DNA of 64,000 nucleotides from a virus. The stretch lies in UHGV virus genome UHGV-1374697. The stretch is one strand, 5' to 3'. Below are positions 18,911-28,187 of this stretch, piece after piece; position 1 is the stretch's first letter; each line of letters opens with the position of its first letter. The translations under genes were made by a program, and so were the position numbers. Below the pieces are notes generated by a model that was not told where the DNA came from, searched no databases, and saw only the letters and a program-made list of their open reading frames with translations.

Positions 18911-20068
18911 TTATTTTCGGAAGTCCAAGTGAGTGAACTCCGGTCCCTTCATCAGTTCAGTGTAGAGGGTGAGCCTCGCTTGCGGGTCTTTCTTCCGCAG
19001 GGCCTGATACAGGGCGTACTGGCGGGCGAAGCGGGGGTCCCGGATGTTGAGCCGATTCCTGAACATGTTGCTAAGTTCCTTTATTTTGGCTCGTTCCAAT
19101 TTTTCGAGGGTCTTAATCTCCTTGCCATACTTTTCCGGCTGGGCATACATGGTTCGGACGCGGAGGTATGTTTGCGCCTGTGCTCTTGCTTCGGGACTGG
19201 CCGTATCATCCCTCAAGGTTCGTAGCATATTCTCGGCAGTTCCAGTACCCGCAGTCGTCGGGACGCTCGTGGGTACGGGAGCATTGCCAGAGGGGAGAGC
19301 AGAGGCGGGGAACCTAGAGCCGGAGGGGGCGGCAGTGGTTCCCGCCGCTGGTGTGGCAGTGGTGGTTCCCGCGGTAGCTCCCGCGGCGGTTCCCGCGGCG
19401 GGCGCATTCTTGGTCCGGCTCTCTACAAACTTGCTATATATCGCGTTCCTCTGCGCTTCCGGCATGGACATAAATACCTTGTACTTCTCCGGGCCAAGCA
19501 TCTTCTCCGCATGTGCATAGAACCCAGCCGTGGAGGTGTCGGGGCTAGCGGTTGGAGCGGAAGCCGTCGCTTGCCGGGGCGTAGCCGTCGCTTGCGTCGG
19601 CATAGTCGGAGATATGACGGGCATCAATCCCCTGCTTATGTTCTGGTCCACGCCACGAAGCATGAGCCTGTCCTCCGCAGAGAGTTTCCCCGCCGCGGCT
19701 TGTTGCATGCCCGCCGCATAGGTTGCCCGTTGCTGGGCGGCGTAGGCCGCGCTGTTGGGGTCGACCGCTCCGGGCGTTGCTGGTTCAGTAATCCCCCGCC
19801 CATAGGGACTAGGAGACTGGGCCGCCGCGGGAGCCGCGGATGCCGGGGGATTCTTGATGCCGTGGTTACTATTGGCCGCGGCGATGGTGTTCATCTCCTT
19901 CGCGTCGACGGGTTTGTTCGGGTCGTTGTTATTCATTGGACGGAGGGGGATGTCGGGGTTCGTCTTCGGAAGCACCTCGTCCATCGTCTTCTGCTTAATG
20001 GACTTGGCGGCGGGGATACCCCCGCGCGCGCTCGTCTCACTGGATATATCTGTTCTCTTGGTTGGCAT
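18911..20068 (-). CDS. low-complexity Ala/Thr/Pro/Gly-rich virion-associated protein
   Basis: 385-aa ORF with AAGTAAGATAGTTTATPAAGTTAAP tracts. Confidence 0.45.
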   Translation of the reverse strand: MPTKRTDISSETSARGGIPAAKSIKQKTMDEVLPKTNPDIPLRPMNNNDPNKPVDAKEMNTIAAANSNHGIKNPPASAAPAAAQSPSPYGRGITEPATPGAVDPNSAAYAAQQRATYAAGMQQAAAGKLSAEDRLMLRGVDQNISRGLMPVISPTMPTQATATPRQATASAPTASPDTSTAGFYAHAEKMLGPEKYKVFMSMPEAQRNAIYSKFVESRTKNAPAAGTAAGATAGTTTATPAAGTTAAPSGSRFPASALPSGNAPVPTSVPTTAGTGTAENMLRTLRDDTASPEARAQAQTYLRVRTMYAQPEKYGKEIKTLEKLERAKIKELSNMFRNRLNIRDPRFARQYALYQALRKKDPQARLTLYTELMKGPEFTHLDFRK

Positions 20069-20073
20069 TGGAG

Positions 20074-20817
20074 TTACATAAGGTTAAGTCCGGGGCACTG
20101 CATGATGCCGCCGTTCTGAATAATGTTCGGAGCCTGATACGTGCCCTGACGATATTTGCGCAGGTGGTCGTTCAGGTATTTGACGGCAAGGCCGTAGCTG
20201 TCCGTCCCCATTTGGGTATTGCCCTGCTCGTTATAGACCACGGCCAGCATCATCGCCTTCAATGCAGGAAGACATCCGGGGTAGATACGAACCTCCTTGT
20301 CCTCCCATGCCGCGTCATCATAAATGTTAAGGGACAGGCCGCGCAATGCGCACCGTGCCGAAACCGTCATGACGTTGCTCGCGGGGTTGTCGTTGATGCC
20401 GTTACTGCCCGACAGGACAGAATAGGTGCGGAGGTTCTGTTCATTCAGCCCCATGTCCAGCATGATAGCATGATAGCCGCTATCGTGCTTGGGATATTCG
20501 GAACGGAACCAAGTATTGCTTTCGAACATGGCCCGGTCAATGATGTGGTATTTCTTGCCACTGGGCGACCATGCCTCGACAATACTATCATACTCTTCGG
20601 GCAGGGAGATAGAACCCCCGCGAGGGATTCCTTCAAAGTCCAAGGTATCCACGGAATCCGGGGATACCGTGGCCTCATTGAGCAGGAGGTTCTGCGCTTC
20701 CTTCAATATGCGACGGAAGTCAACATTGGACTTTGACGGAGGCTGGTTTGTAATGAGCATGCAAAGCTCGTCACAAACATTGCGATAGGTCAAATAGGAT
20801 TTGGTAACGAATGCCAT
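20074..20817 (-). CDS. hypothetical structural protein
   Basis: 247-aa ORF tightly packed between virion genes. Confidence 0.4.
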   Translation of the reverse strand: MAFVTKSYLTYRNVCDELCMLITNQPPSKSNVDFRRILKEAQNLLLNEATVSPDSVDTLDFEGIPRGGSISLPEEYDSIVEAWSPSGKKYHIIDRAMFESNTWFRSEYPKHDSGYHAIMLDMGLNEQNLRTYSVLSGSNGINDNPASNVMTVSARCALRGLSLNIYDDAAWEDKEVRIYPGCLPALKAMMLAVVYNEQGNTQMGTDSYGLAVKYLNDHLRKYRQGTYQAPNIIQNGGIMQCPGLNLM

Positions 20818-20821
20818 AAGT

Positions 20822-23779
20822 TTAACTGGGTGGATAAATGGTTACTTTCTTGCACATCATGCCCCCGTTCCACGGTGATGCGTAATAGGAGGTCACAGGT
20901 TTCCAATCTGTGTGGGTAGTCCCCGGAAAGTTCATATTAAACCCGCCGGGAAGCCACTTGGCGTCCTGACTGCCAACGGTTACTGATATAGTCAGCGGGC
21001 CGTGGAGGCATGCGGGCAGACGGTAATCGCAAAGCGGCGAAGAGAAATACCCACTGTTCGTCGTGAACTGTACCGACGTCCCAAGGCCCCAGCCTTTAGG
21101 CCACGTGCCATCGGGGGAGAAGGCTTCCTCTACCACGGCGGTGCAGGGGCCGGAGTAACTGTCCCGCATCATCTTGGTCTGCGGGAAGTACTTGCCCTCC
21201 TGTCTGCCGGAGAGGTCGGGCCTTGTATCCCACGGAATCCAATTAACCGAACCGAACACGGCGGGGAAACTGTAGTTCATTGTCGTGGTATATTTTTTGT
21301 AGTACCCGATTCCCGGAACCTGCATGTAACTATCTACGGCGTAACAGGGGTTCACCCACTGGCGCAGGACGACGCGCGAAAGCTTACCACCCGTCGCGAC
21401 CTTCTTAAAGGTAGACCCTGTAAGGTCGCACAGGGTAAGATTAAATTGGAAATAGGGGAACTTTTGTCCGCTGTAGGATAGCGTCAGTTTATTGACTACC
21501 GCCGCATTGAGAACATAATCCCCGGCATGGTATTCCTGCTTGACGGCACGGGTGTTCTGAACCGTAAGAACCTTTTGCGTATCTAGGTCTACAGTTTCTA
21601 CGGCAATGTCGAATGCCTTCTCCCCGTTAATCAGAATGGGAATAGTGCCATTGATTGCAGACCCTTTGGGATTAGCTATGACTACTAGGTTAAGCCACCC
21701 ATTGGTAATGTCCAGATACGCCCCCTGTATCCCGGAAGGAAGAGACCCTACGGAGAACATCATTTCAGAAGTATACGAAGCGTCGCGTTGCCTGAAGCTA
21801 GTACCTTGGAGCAGTCCTACGGGGAAGGTCCAAGTTTCGTCCGCAACAATTTCAGCATACAGGGTGGACTGAATAATAGCCTCCATATCTGCCTTAACCT
21901 GTCCGTCTTCGGTGTACCACGGACCTTGTGGGGTGATGGAGAAGTATGCGTAGTCAAGCTGGAATGTTCCCGGCGAATAGGACGTAGGATAGCTGTTCTG
22001 AATATATACGTTCCACCATCGTTTATTGCGGAAATAGATGCCGAAATTTCCTCCCCTGTCAGCGTGAGAACTATTGAGCTGACCCTTAATAATCCCGCTA
22101 ATGCCCATAAAACCTTGGTACTCCGGATAGTTAGGGTCGTTCATGCCATAGTTCAAATAGGGAATGCCCAGTATCTCGGTAGGGGTTACGGAATCTTCTT
22201 GAACCGTCAGTTCCCAAGATTCCACATTTTCAATCGTGGTCCACTTCGTGTCTGGGACGGTGACGGGAACCAGAGTAACAGGTTCCTCCAGCTTCCGGGC
22301 ATAGTAGGCATTACCCACGGCATCCGTGTATTTGGTGAATCCTTCCTTCTGCCAATCAGTATCGAAGTCAGTGCTCGGTTCGTGCACAATCTTCCGCAGT
22401 ACAGGATAGACCTGATTGGTTATCCTATCGAACGAGGATTCCCAGAATTCATCAATCTGGTCGTAGGTGGTGCAACTCTTTCGCGTTTCCTTGTGGCTAT
22501 ATCCTTCATGTACTACCACAGAGGAATCTACACGCCATTGGCTACAGTTCTCGCCGGGGTCGGGAGGGTCAATCGCAGGGACATCGCCGTTCGCTGTCCA
22601 GTCAACGGACTGGCTAGTCGTCACGGTTGTGTTGATGCACCGGACAAAACGGGAATCCGGGTTACAACAATTACCGGAGAGGCTGTTCTGTTCCTCTTTC
22701 TCCGCAATGTTACTGTTCCGTTTGTACATAGATACAAGGGTGTACATCTGCGTACTCGGATAACTGCCCTTGTCCCAGCCAGCACTAACGGGTTTATTGT
22801 CCAGTTCAAGGAGGGGCATGTGAGGAATGCGGGCCTGTCCCGGTTCCTTCCCTCCACCGTCGACAGGCCAAAGCGGCGCGGCCCAGACCTCCCTCGATAA
22901 CTTAATTGCAGTCTGCGCCACCCATTCAGATTCGGGCAGGGCTGTTCCCGGACCGCCTTCATCCCACACCGTATCTCCCTTCTGCCAAATGTTATAAGGG
23001 ACGAACTCTTTAACCACCGGGCCGGGCAGGGTTTTATACACACGGATGACCTTACGAAAGTACTTGCGCAGGTGTTCCTCTTCGAACTGGGCTACTTCTT
23101 CATATACCAGCTGGGCATCATATGCCGTGTAGAAATGCTGGTCATAGAAGTCAGGGTCAAGCTTTTCGTTGCTGGGGTCAAACGAGCCAAGGGGGAGCGG
23201 GGCATACGCGGAATCCGTGGGTTCCACCCATTCCCGTGTAATCTCGTAGAAGTCCTTCAACTCTTCCGTGTCTGCATCCGGCCCCATGAACTTACCCGTA
23301 GCGGCAGTATCTTTCAACGTATAGCCGTCACGGATTTTCTTCATGTCCTGAATGTTATATCGGAACTGCTGTTCCGGCGGGACCATGTAGTAGAAACGAT
23401 AAACGTGCTGTCTCGCCGCCTCATTGACGGGTTCGACATGCACGAGAACTGCATCCCGCATGAACGGGAGGAAGGTCGTACCTGCGGTGGGTACGAACGG
23501 GGTTCCCAATTCAATGGTAATCTCGCTGGGATTCTTGGCAATCCTCTCAACGAAGAACATCACGTTCTTTACCACAGGAGTGGGAAAGTTAATTATCGGC
23601 TCACCCATTGGCCTGTCAGGACTGAACCCATTGCGCCACGAGGAATCCGTGGTTCCAATGGGTATCGTCGGAGGCTGTGGGTTGGAGGCCGGAGTGTTAG
23701 GAATTAAGGCCATGTATATTGGTTTGATAGAACGGCATGATTGCACCGGGAAGCGGGGGTGTCCACAACATGTGCACAT
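20822..23779 (-). CDS. large structural protein (tail or tail-tip candidate)
   Basis: 985-aa ORF in the structural operon. Call rests on size and position only. Confidence 0.45.
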   Translation of the reverse strand: MCTCCGHPRFPVQSCRSIKPIYMALIPNTPASNPQPPTIPIGTTDSSWRNGFSPDRPMGEPIINFPTPVVKNVMFFVERIAKNPSEITIELGTPFVPTAGTTFLPFMRDAVLVHVEPVNEAARQHVYRFYYMVPPEQQFRYNIQDMKKIRDGYTLKDTAATGKFMGPDADTEELKDFYEITREWVEPTDSAYAPLPLGSFDPSNEKLDPDFYDQHFYTAYDAQLVYEEVAQFEEEHLRKYFRKVIRVYKTLPGPVVKEFVPYNIWQKGDTVWDEGGPGTALPESEWVAQTAIKLSREVWAAPLWPVDGGGKEPGQARIPHMPLLELDNKPVSAGWDKGSYPSTQMYTLVSMYKRNSNIAEKEEQNSLSGNCCNPDSRFVRCINTTVTTSQSVDWTANGDVPAIDPPDPGENCSQWRVDSSVVVHEGYSHKETRKSCTTYDQIDEFWESSFDRITNQVYPVLRKIVHEPSTDFDTDWQKEGFTKYTDAVGNAYYARKLEEPVTLVPVTVPDTKWTTIENVESWELTVQEDSVTPTEILGIPYLNYGMNDPNYPEYQGFMGISGIIKGQLNSSHADRGGNFGIYFRNKRWWNVYIQNSYPTSYSPGTFQLDYAYFSITPQGPWYTEDGQVKADMEAIIQSTLYAEIVADETWTFPVGLLQGTSFRQRDASYTSEMMFSVGSLPSGIQGAYLDITNGWLNLVVIANPKGSAINGTIPILINGEKAFDIAVETVDLDTQKVLTVQNTRAVKQEYHAGDYVLNAAVVNKLTLSYSGQKFPYFQFNLTLCDLTGSTFKKVATGGKLSRVVLRQWVNPCYAVDSYMQVPGIGYYKKYTTTMNYSFPAVFGSVNWIPWDTRPDLSGRQEGKYFPQTKMMRDSYSGPCTAVVEEAFSPDGTWPKGWGLGTSVQFTTNSGYFSSPLCDYRLPACLHGPLTISVTVGSQDAKWLPGGFNMNFPGTTHTDWKPVTSYYASPWNGGMMCKKVTIYPPS

Positions 23780-24209
23780 GTCCGTTCAACGTTAATTGCA
23801 TTGGTTCTCCCCGCTGAAAACTTACTGTTTCGCCCCGATAATAGGTGCGGTTTGTTCTCCTGTCAATAACATATCCTCGTATGACAAGTAATTTATGGCT
23901 TCTCTCCGCGTCAATGATTCTTGGCAGTTGAACTTCTTCACGAGTTTTAACCTGTGTAACCGAAGAGGTAAGGGTTTCTCCGTCATAACGAATTCCTACT
24001 TTCCCTCGTAAAAAATAGGCCCATTGGTTTCGGGGCAGTTTTAGCTCACCCTCGCGACCAAGAGGAAGGGAGGCATAGAACCGATTCCTTGAGCGGAGTT
24101 TTTCAGTACACGCACGGATGCTTTCCTGTAATTGATTAAGATTCCGAGACAACTCGTTTTCGAGTTGTTCCTGCTCGGGGCTTTTTCGGAACAGATTGAA
24201 TAGTTTCAT
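23697..24209 (-). CDS. hypothetical protein (lysis-cassette neighbourhood)
   Basis: 170-aa ORF overlapping the next ORF by 74 bp. Confidence 0.3.
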   Translation of the reverse strand: MKLFNLFRKSPEQEQLENELSRNLNQLQESIRACTEKLRSRNRFYASLPLGREGELKLPRNQWAYFLRGKVGIRYDGETLTSSVTQVKTREEVQLPRIIDAERSHKLLVIRGYVIDRRTNRTYYRGETVSFQRGEPMQLTLNGHVHMLWTPPLPGAIMPFYQTNIHGLNS

Positions 24210-24558
24210 TTCTGTCGGAGGGGGGTGTATCTTGTTGCGAGATAGCGCAGAAGGCGCGGTCGATTATCTCTTCATGGTCGCTTCGTAGATTGTCTATTTT
24301 TCCATGTAATTGGTCTAGAGAATCATCCAACTCGGATATAACTCTTAGAGCTTCTTGCAATAATATGAGAAAGGACTTCTCCTTGTCAAGACTAAACTCT
24401 ATCTTTTTTGAGAGGTACTTATATGCCAGCTTTACTGCCACGTAAATAACTCCCACAAATACGAGATATGCGGGAGACATTTCATCGACGATACGAGTGA
24501 GAAACAATGCCCACACGTTGCCGTCAGTAGCATTAAGCTGTGCGATGAAATTAAACAT
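24136..24558 (-). CDS. single-pass membrane protein (holin or spanin candidate)
   Basis: One hydrophobic helix AYLVFVGVIYVAVKLAY followed by a coiled coil. Lies directly downstream of the PG-binding protein. Confidence 0.35.
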   Translation of the reverse strand: MFNFIAQLNATDGNVWALFLTRIVDEMSPAYLVFVGVIYVAVKLAYKYLSKKIEFSLDKEKSFLILLQEALRVISELDDSLDQLHGKIDNLRSDHEEIIDRAFCAISQQDTPPSDRNETIQSVPKKPRAGTTRKRVVSES

Positions 24559-24625
24559 GGCGGCAAGGAATTACCTCACCGCCATGTTAGCATTTGGGAT
24601 TTAATGGGTCAAGGAAATTCCCCGC

Positions 24626-25387
24626 TTATTTCCTTGACAACAGAGTTAGGGCGTAAGCATGTCGCGCATTGCATCGGTTGGACCAGCCGGAGAGAAACTT
24701 CGCCTTCACTGGATTGGCCCTTACAATGGAACAGTAGCGGGCACGACAAGCACGGTCCAGCGAATCGAGAACTTCCTTTTCATCCCATGATTGAATGGCG
24801 TCTGTCCATTTGGCTTGAGTATTTTTCCCCCACTTGCCATCAATACCAATGTCGAGCATGCGCTGGACGACCTTAGTCGTTCCCGCCACGCCCATGTTGA
24901 AGGTCATGTCACGAAGCATGAACTCAATGGCGTAGCATCCTGCAACTCCCTTGGCAACCAGTGGTTCCGTATTGGCGAGAACATAGCGGAGGCATTCATC
25001 CCATGCCGCATCCCTGTCGCCCCGGTCCATCATGGATTTGATTAGATTGAATTCCTTGGGTTCAATCCCATCACAGATACCGGCAATCTCCCACTTGCCG
25101 CCGCCATCACCCGAGGGGAGGCGAGTTACGCGCAGAGAATCGGGACCTGTAATCTTGTAGTCCTCCATGTTGAGAATCTTCTTTGCCATGTCCTTGCGGA
25201 CAAGCTCGGCCGGAGGTTCCACGGGACCCGCGGATACCGGGGAATCGTTGGGTTGTTCATCGGGTTCCACGGAAACCGTGGGTTGTATCTTCTTCCATAT
25301 AGCATCAATGGTCTTATCACCAAGGATACCGTCGGGTGAAGTTCCCGCCCACTTCTGTATTTCCTTTATCTTGTCTTTCCTTGTCAT
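24626..25387 (-). CDS. peptidoglycan-binding-domain protein, putative endolysin
   Basis: N-terminal PG_binding_1-like repeat WAGTSPDGILGDKTIDAIWKK. The catalytic domain is not recognised. Confidence 0.45.
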   Translation of the reverse strand: MTRKDKIKEIQKWAGTSPDGILGDKTIDAIWKKIQPTVSVEPDEQPNDSPVSAGPVEPPAELVRKDMAKKILNMEDYKITGPDSLRVTRLPSGDGGGKWEIAGICDGIEPKEFNLIKSMMDRGDRDAAWDECLRYVLANTEPLVAKGVAGCYAIEFMLRDMTFNMGVAGTTKVVQRMLDIGIDGKWGKNTQAKWTDAIQSWDEKEVLDSLDRACRARYCSIVRANPVKAKFLSGWSNRCNARHAYALTLLSRK

Positions 25388-25833
25388 CGGTTTCTTTCTA
25401 CTTTGATTCCGTCTGGGGTTAGCTTCCCCATTGAGATTTGAAGATTAATAATGTTAGCCATCGACCGGGCTATCTCTTCGCCCCATTGCTTGAAATGAAG
25501 AGTGCCCAACGGGGTGGGGATTTCGTGAGTAATGCTTGCGACAACGTAGCCATCCAACATAACCCGAATTATATTCGAGCATACTTTTTCTACCTTGGCT
25601 TCCGTGGGTACGAGTTCGATTTCATACCACATGACCTCCTGTATCTCTTCATCTTCATCCCCTTGCGGGTAATGGACACGAACGACGCCAGCATCATCCT
25701 CGTCGGACACTACCCGAAGGATAGAATCGACGGGGATGCTATCTCCACAGGTCCCACATCTCCCCGTATCTACTCTGCGAACGATGTTGCCGTACTTAAA
25801 TCTGCTCTTACCTTTTCCGGGCTCTACTTTCAT
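25384..25833 (-). CDS. hypothetical protein (paralog of 25830..26300)
   Basis: Shares RFKYGNIVRRVDTGR and WYEIELV motifs with the neighbouring ORF. Confidence 0.45.
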   Translation of the reverse strand: MKVEPGKGKSRFKYGNIVRRVDTGRCGTCGDSIPVDSILRVVSDEDDAGVVRVHYPQGDEDEEIQEVMWYEIELVPTEAKVEKVCSNIIRVMLDGYVVASITHEIPTPLGTLHFKQWGEEIARSMANIINLQISMGKLTPDGIKVERNR

Positions 25834-26300
25834 TTCTTTTCTTTTTCGTTTATATCAGGTAATATGACATGCTCGTTAAGGTCCTCAACGATTTGATTAG
25901 CCCAGTCCACTACTTCCTCGCACATATCGACCTCTTGGTCGCCCAGCCGGTACTTGGTAGGTATGCGGAGAACGGGCTGATAGTTGAAGAGGATGATAGC
26001 CTCGTCCCGTGTGTATCGGACGAAGACTTCATGTTTGGTCTCTTCCACTAGCTCAAACTCGTAGAAGGGATACCACTTCCCTTCGTTGTCCTCGGTCTTG
26101 ACAAGGATGCAGTGGTTCCTATCTTCTCCGCCTTGAACATACGCTAAGGAACCCTCCGCTAGGCTCTCCCATATTTCTGGATGCCTTCCTGTGTTGATGA
26201 ACCGAACAAGGTCTCCCTTTTTGAATCTGCGCTTATCTGTCATTGATGTTGTTCCTTTTCGACGAAGGTAATCCCCGTGTCGGATTCTTCCGTCGTGCAT
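25830..26300 (-). CDS. hypothetical protein (paralog of 25384..25833)
   Basis: RFKKGDLVRFINTGR ... WYPFYEFELV. 4-bp overlaps with both neighbours. Confidence 0.45.
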   Translation of the reverse strand: MHDGRIRHGDYLRRKGTTSMTDKRRFKKGDLVRFINTGRHPEIWESLAEGSLAYVQGGEDRNHCILVKTEDNEGKWYPFYEFELVEETKHEVFVRYTRDEAIILFNYQPVLRIPTKYRLGDQEVDMCEEVVDWANQIVEDLNEHVILPDINEKEKK

Positions 26301-26488
26301 TTCTTAATCTTGTCACGAAGTTCGATTGCCATTTTGAGGGCACAGTCCCTTGTCGGAAGTCCCTTCTCATCCTCGCTCCTGTGATAGGGGAACATAGCGA
26401 TACGGTAGTTTCGATGAATCACCGCAATGATTCCTGCTCGCGGGTATTCCATTAAGAAGGTTTCCAGTAGATATTTATCGTTGGTCAT
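26240..26488 (-). CDS. small-protein family member 6 (divergent) of the tandem paralog array
   Basis: Conserved core AMFPYH...GLPTRDCALKMAIELRDKI aligns with the YC...TKKQAKKLADKLARKI core of the other members. Confidence 0.5.
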   Translation of the reverse strand: MTNDKYLLETFLMEYPRAGIIAVIHRNYRIAMFPYHRSEDEKGLPTRDCALKMAIELRDKIKKCTTEESDTGITFVEKEQHQ

Positions 26489-26723
26489 TGTTGTTCCTTT
26501 CCCGTTTAACGAGTTTAAATCCTTTTTTGGTTTCGATAATCATGCTCTTGTCAATTTTGCGGACTAGCTTCTCGGTCAGCTTCTTGGCTTGCTTCTTGGT
26601 GAAATGTCCTTCCTCGCCTTCCGTGCAATAGTAAAAGGCGGCAACGCAACAGTTTTCAAGCATGACCCGGAAAAATCCGGCAACGGGGTCATCTACGGTG
26701 GTAATATTTAGAGTGTCAGTCAT
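26475..26723 (-). CDS. small-protein family member 5
   Basis: MTDTLNITTVDDP...GFFRV...CCVAAFYYC...FTKKQAKKLTEKLVRKI. N-terminal 24 nt identical to member 3. Confidence 0.55.
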   Translation of the reverse strand: MTDTLNITTVDDPVAGFFRVMLENCCVAAFYYCTEGEEGHFTKKQAKKLTEKLVRKIDKSMIIETKKGFKLVKRERNNNDQR

Positions 26724-26952
26724 TAGTATTGTTCCTTTTAAGTTTGATTCCCATCTTTGTTTCTATGACCGTGCTCTTCTCAATTTTGCGGGCGAGCTTG
26801 TCAGCTAGTTTCTTAGCTTGCTTCTTGGTGAAGAAGCCACTTTCCTCTGCCACGCAATAGTTGAAAACGGCGACGCAACTTCCCATGTGCTTGACGCGGA
26901 ACATTCCGCTAGTAGGGAGGTCATAAATACGGGTATCTGAATCGTTATTCAT
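26716..26952 (-). CDS. small-protein family member 4
   Basis: GMFRV...CVAVFNYC...FTKKQAKKLADKLARKIEKS. 8-bp overlaps with neighbours. Confidence 0.55.
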   Translation of the reverse strand: MNNDSDTRIYDLPTSGMFRVKHMGSCVAVFNYCVAEESGFFTKKQAKKLADKLARKIEKSTVIETKMGIKLKRNNTND

Positions 26953-27181
26953 TGATGTTGTTCCTTTCCAATTTGATTCCCTTTTCGGTTTCGATAATCA
27001 TGCTCTTCTCGATTTTGCGGGCGAGCTTGTCGGCTAGTTTCTTAGCTTGCTTCTTGGTGAAGAAGCCACTATCATCTTTCACGCAATAGTAAAAGGTGGC
27101 AACGCAACAGTTTTCAAGCAGGACCCAGAAAAATCCGATATCGGGGTCATCTATGGTGGTAATATTTAGAGTGTCAGTCAT
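26945..27181 (-). CDS. small-protein family member 3
   Basis: MTDTLNITTIDDP...CCVATFYYC...FTKKQAKKLADKLARKIEKS. Confidence 0.55.
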   Translation of the reverse strand: MTDTLNITTIDDPDIGFFWVLLENCCVATFYYCVKDDSGFFTKKQAKKLADKLARKIEKSMIIETEKGIKLERNNINE

Positions 27182-27413
27182 CGATGTTGAAAATGATTTG
27201 GTTAAGTGATACTCCCTCGATGGTACAAACTGTCCCTCTGCTAACTATGTAGCGGGCAATCTTCGTTGCCAGTTTCTTTGCGGAATCTCGTGTCATATAT
27301 CCTTGTTCACCAGAGCCTGTGCAGTAAAGAAAATCTGCAATGACACTTCCACAGTGAGTTACTCGGAAGAATCCAAATCCTTTGTCTTCTAAAATAGCTA
27401 CTTTGTCGTTCAT
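27174..27413 (-). CDS. small-protein family member 2
   Basis: GFFRVTHCGSVIADFLYC...MTRDSAKKLATKIARYI. Confidence 0.5.
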   Translation of the reverse strand: MNDKVAILEDKGFGFFRVTHCGSVIADFLYCTGSGEQGYMTRDSAKKLATKIARYIVSRGTVCTIEGVSLNQIIFNIDD

Positions 27414-27416
27414 GGT

Positions 27417-27671
27417 TTATTCGTCTTTGATTGTACAGTCCGTCGGGTAAAGGTCAATGCCCCTTTCTGTCATAACAGGATTCGTGTGGATGAGATGGCG
27501 AGCAACCATCTTCGCCATTTCTATAGCCCTTTCGCGCGTGGGATAACACTGTTCCTTCTCGTCTCCCTCCCGACAATAGTTAAAGATGGCAAAGGTATCT
27601 CCATCATATTTCACCTTGAGGATTCCTACTCTCTTATTATCTACAATACTAATCTCGTTGGTCTTCTCCAT
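27417..27671 (-). CDS. small-protein family member 1 (most divergent)
   Basis: GILKVKYDGDTFAIFNYC...PTRERAIEMAKMVARHL. Confidence 0.5.
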   Translation of the reverse strand: MEKTNEISIVDNKRVGILKVKYDGDTFAIFNYCREGDEKEQCYPTRERAIEMAKMVARHLIHTNPVMTERGIDLYPTDCTIKDE

Positions 27672-27675
27672 TGGT

Positions 27676-28179
27676 CTATGCGTTTGCGGTTTCTATTTTT
27701 GAGGGGTCGCCGGGAATGGCAATCTCCCAACAGAAGGAGGCGATGAAATCGTTGCGAAGAGTTACCTCTTCTCCGACTTTATACCATCCATCGGGAAGGA
27801 GATAATCCCTCTTCATATCAATGGCGGCTCCTGCCTCTATTGGTTCCAACGCCATGAAACGGTAGTCCCATTCGCCGCTCTCGGTCTTGAACGATTGCAG
27901 GATGAACCAAGGAGTAACGTCGGCATCTCCATCCTCGGTTTCCTCCCCAGTAGGCGTTCCTACGACGCGGGCACAATAACCGTTCCTCATGTTCTCCAAG
28001 GCAACCCCGAAGGGCAGGTTGAAGTGAGAGAGGGAATAGGCAATAACGCCCCATGTCAAGGACCGGGCGCGGGAGCAAACCCCGTCAAGCCTTGGAAGTA
28101 CCGTGGCTATTACTTCGGGGTTGCTCTCCGGGCCGTCGGAACAAAGAAAAAATTCTCGGACGCGAGTTGTTGTAGGCAT
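27676..28179 (-). CDS. hypothetical protein
   Basis: 167-aa ORF in the co-directional operon. Confidence 0.4.
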   Translation of the reverse strand: MPTTTRVREFFLCSDGPESNPEVIATVLPRLDGVCSRARSLTWGVIAYSLSHFNLPFGVALENMRNGYCARVVGTPTGEETEDGDADVTPWFILQSFKTESGEWDYRFMALEPIEAGAAIDMKRDYLLPDGWYKVGEEVTLRNDFIASFCWEIAIPGDPSKIETANA

Positions 28180-28187
28180 GGGTTCTA

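Noticed and set aside
9114-20119. Numerous 60-330-aa plus-strand ORFs lying inside the giant minus-strand gene and neighbouring structural genes
   Set aside because: They are antisense to long, motif-bearing ORFs, have no start contexts or conservation features, and are typical shadow ORFs of GC-balanced coding DNA.
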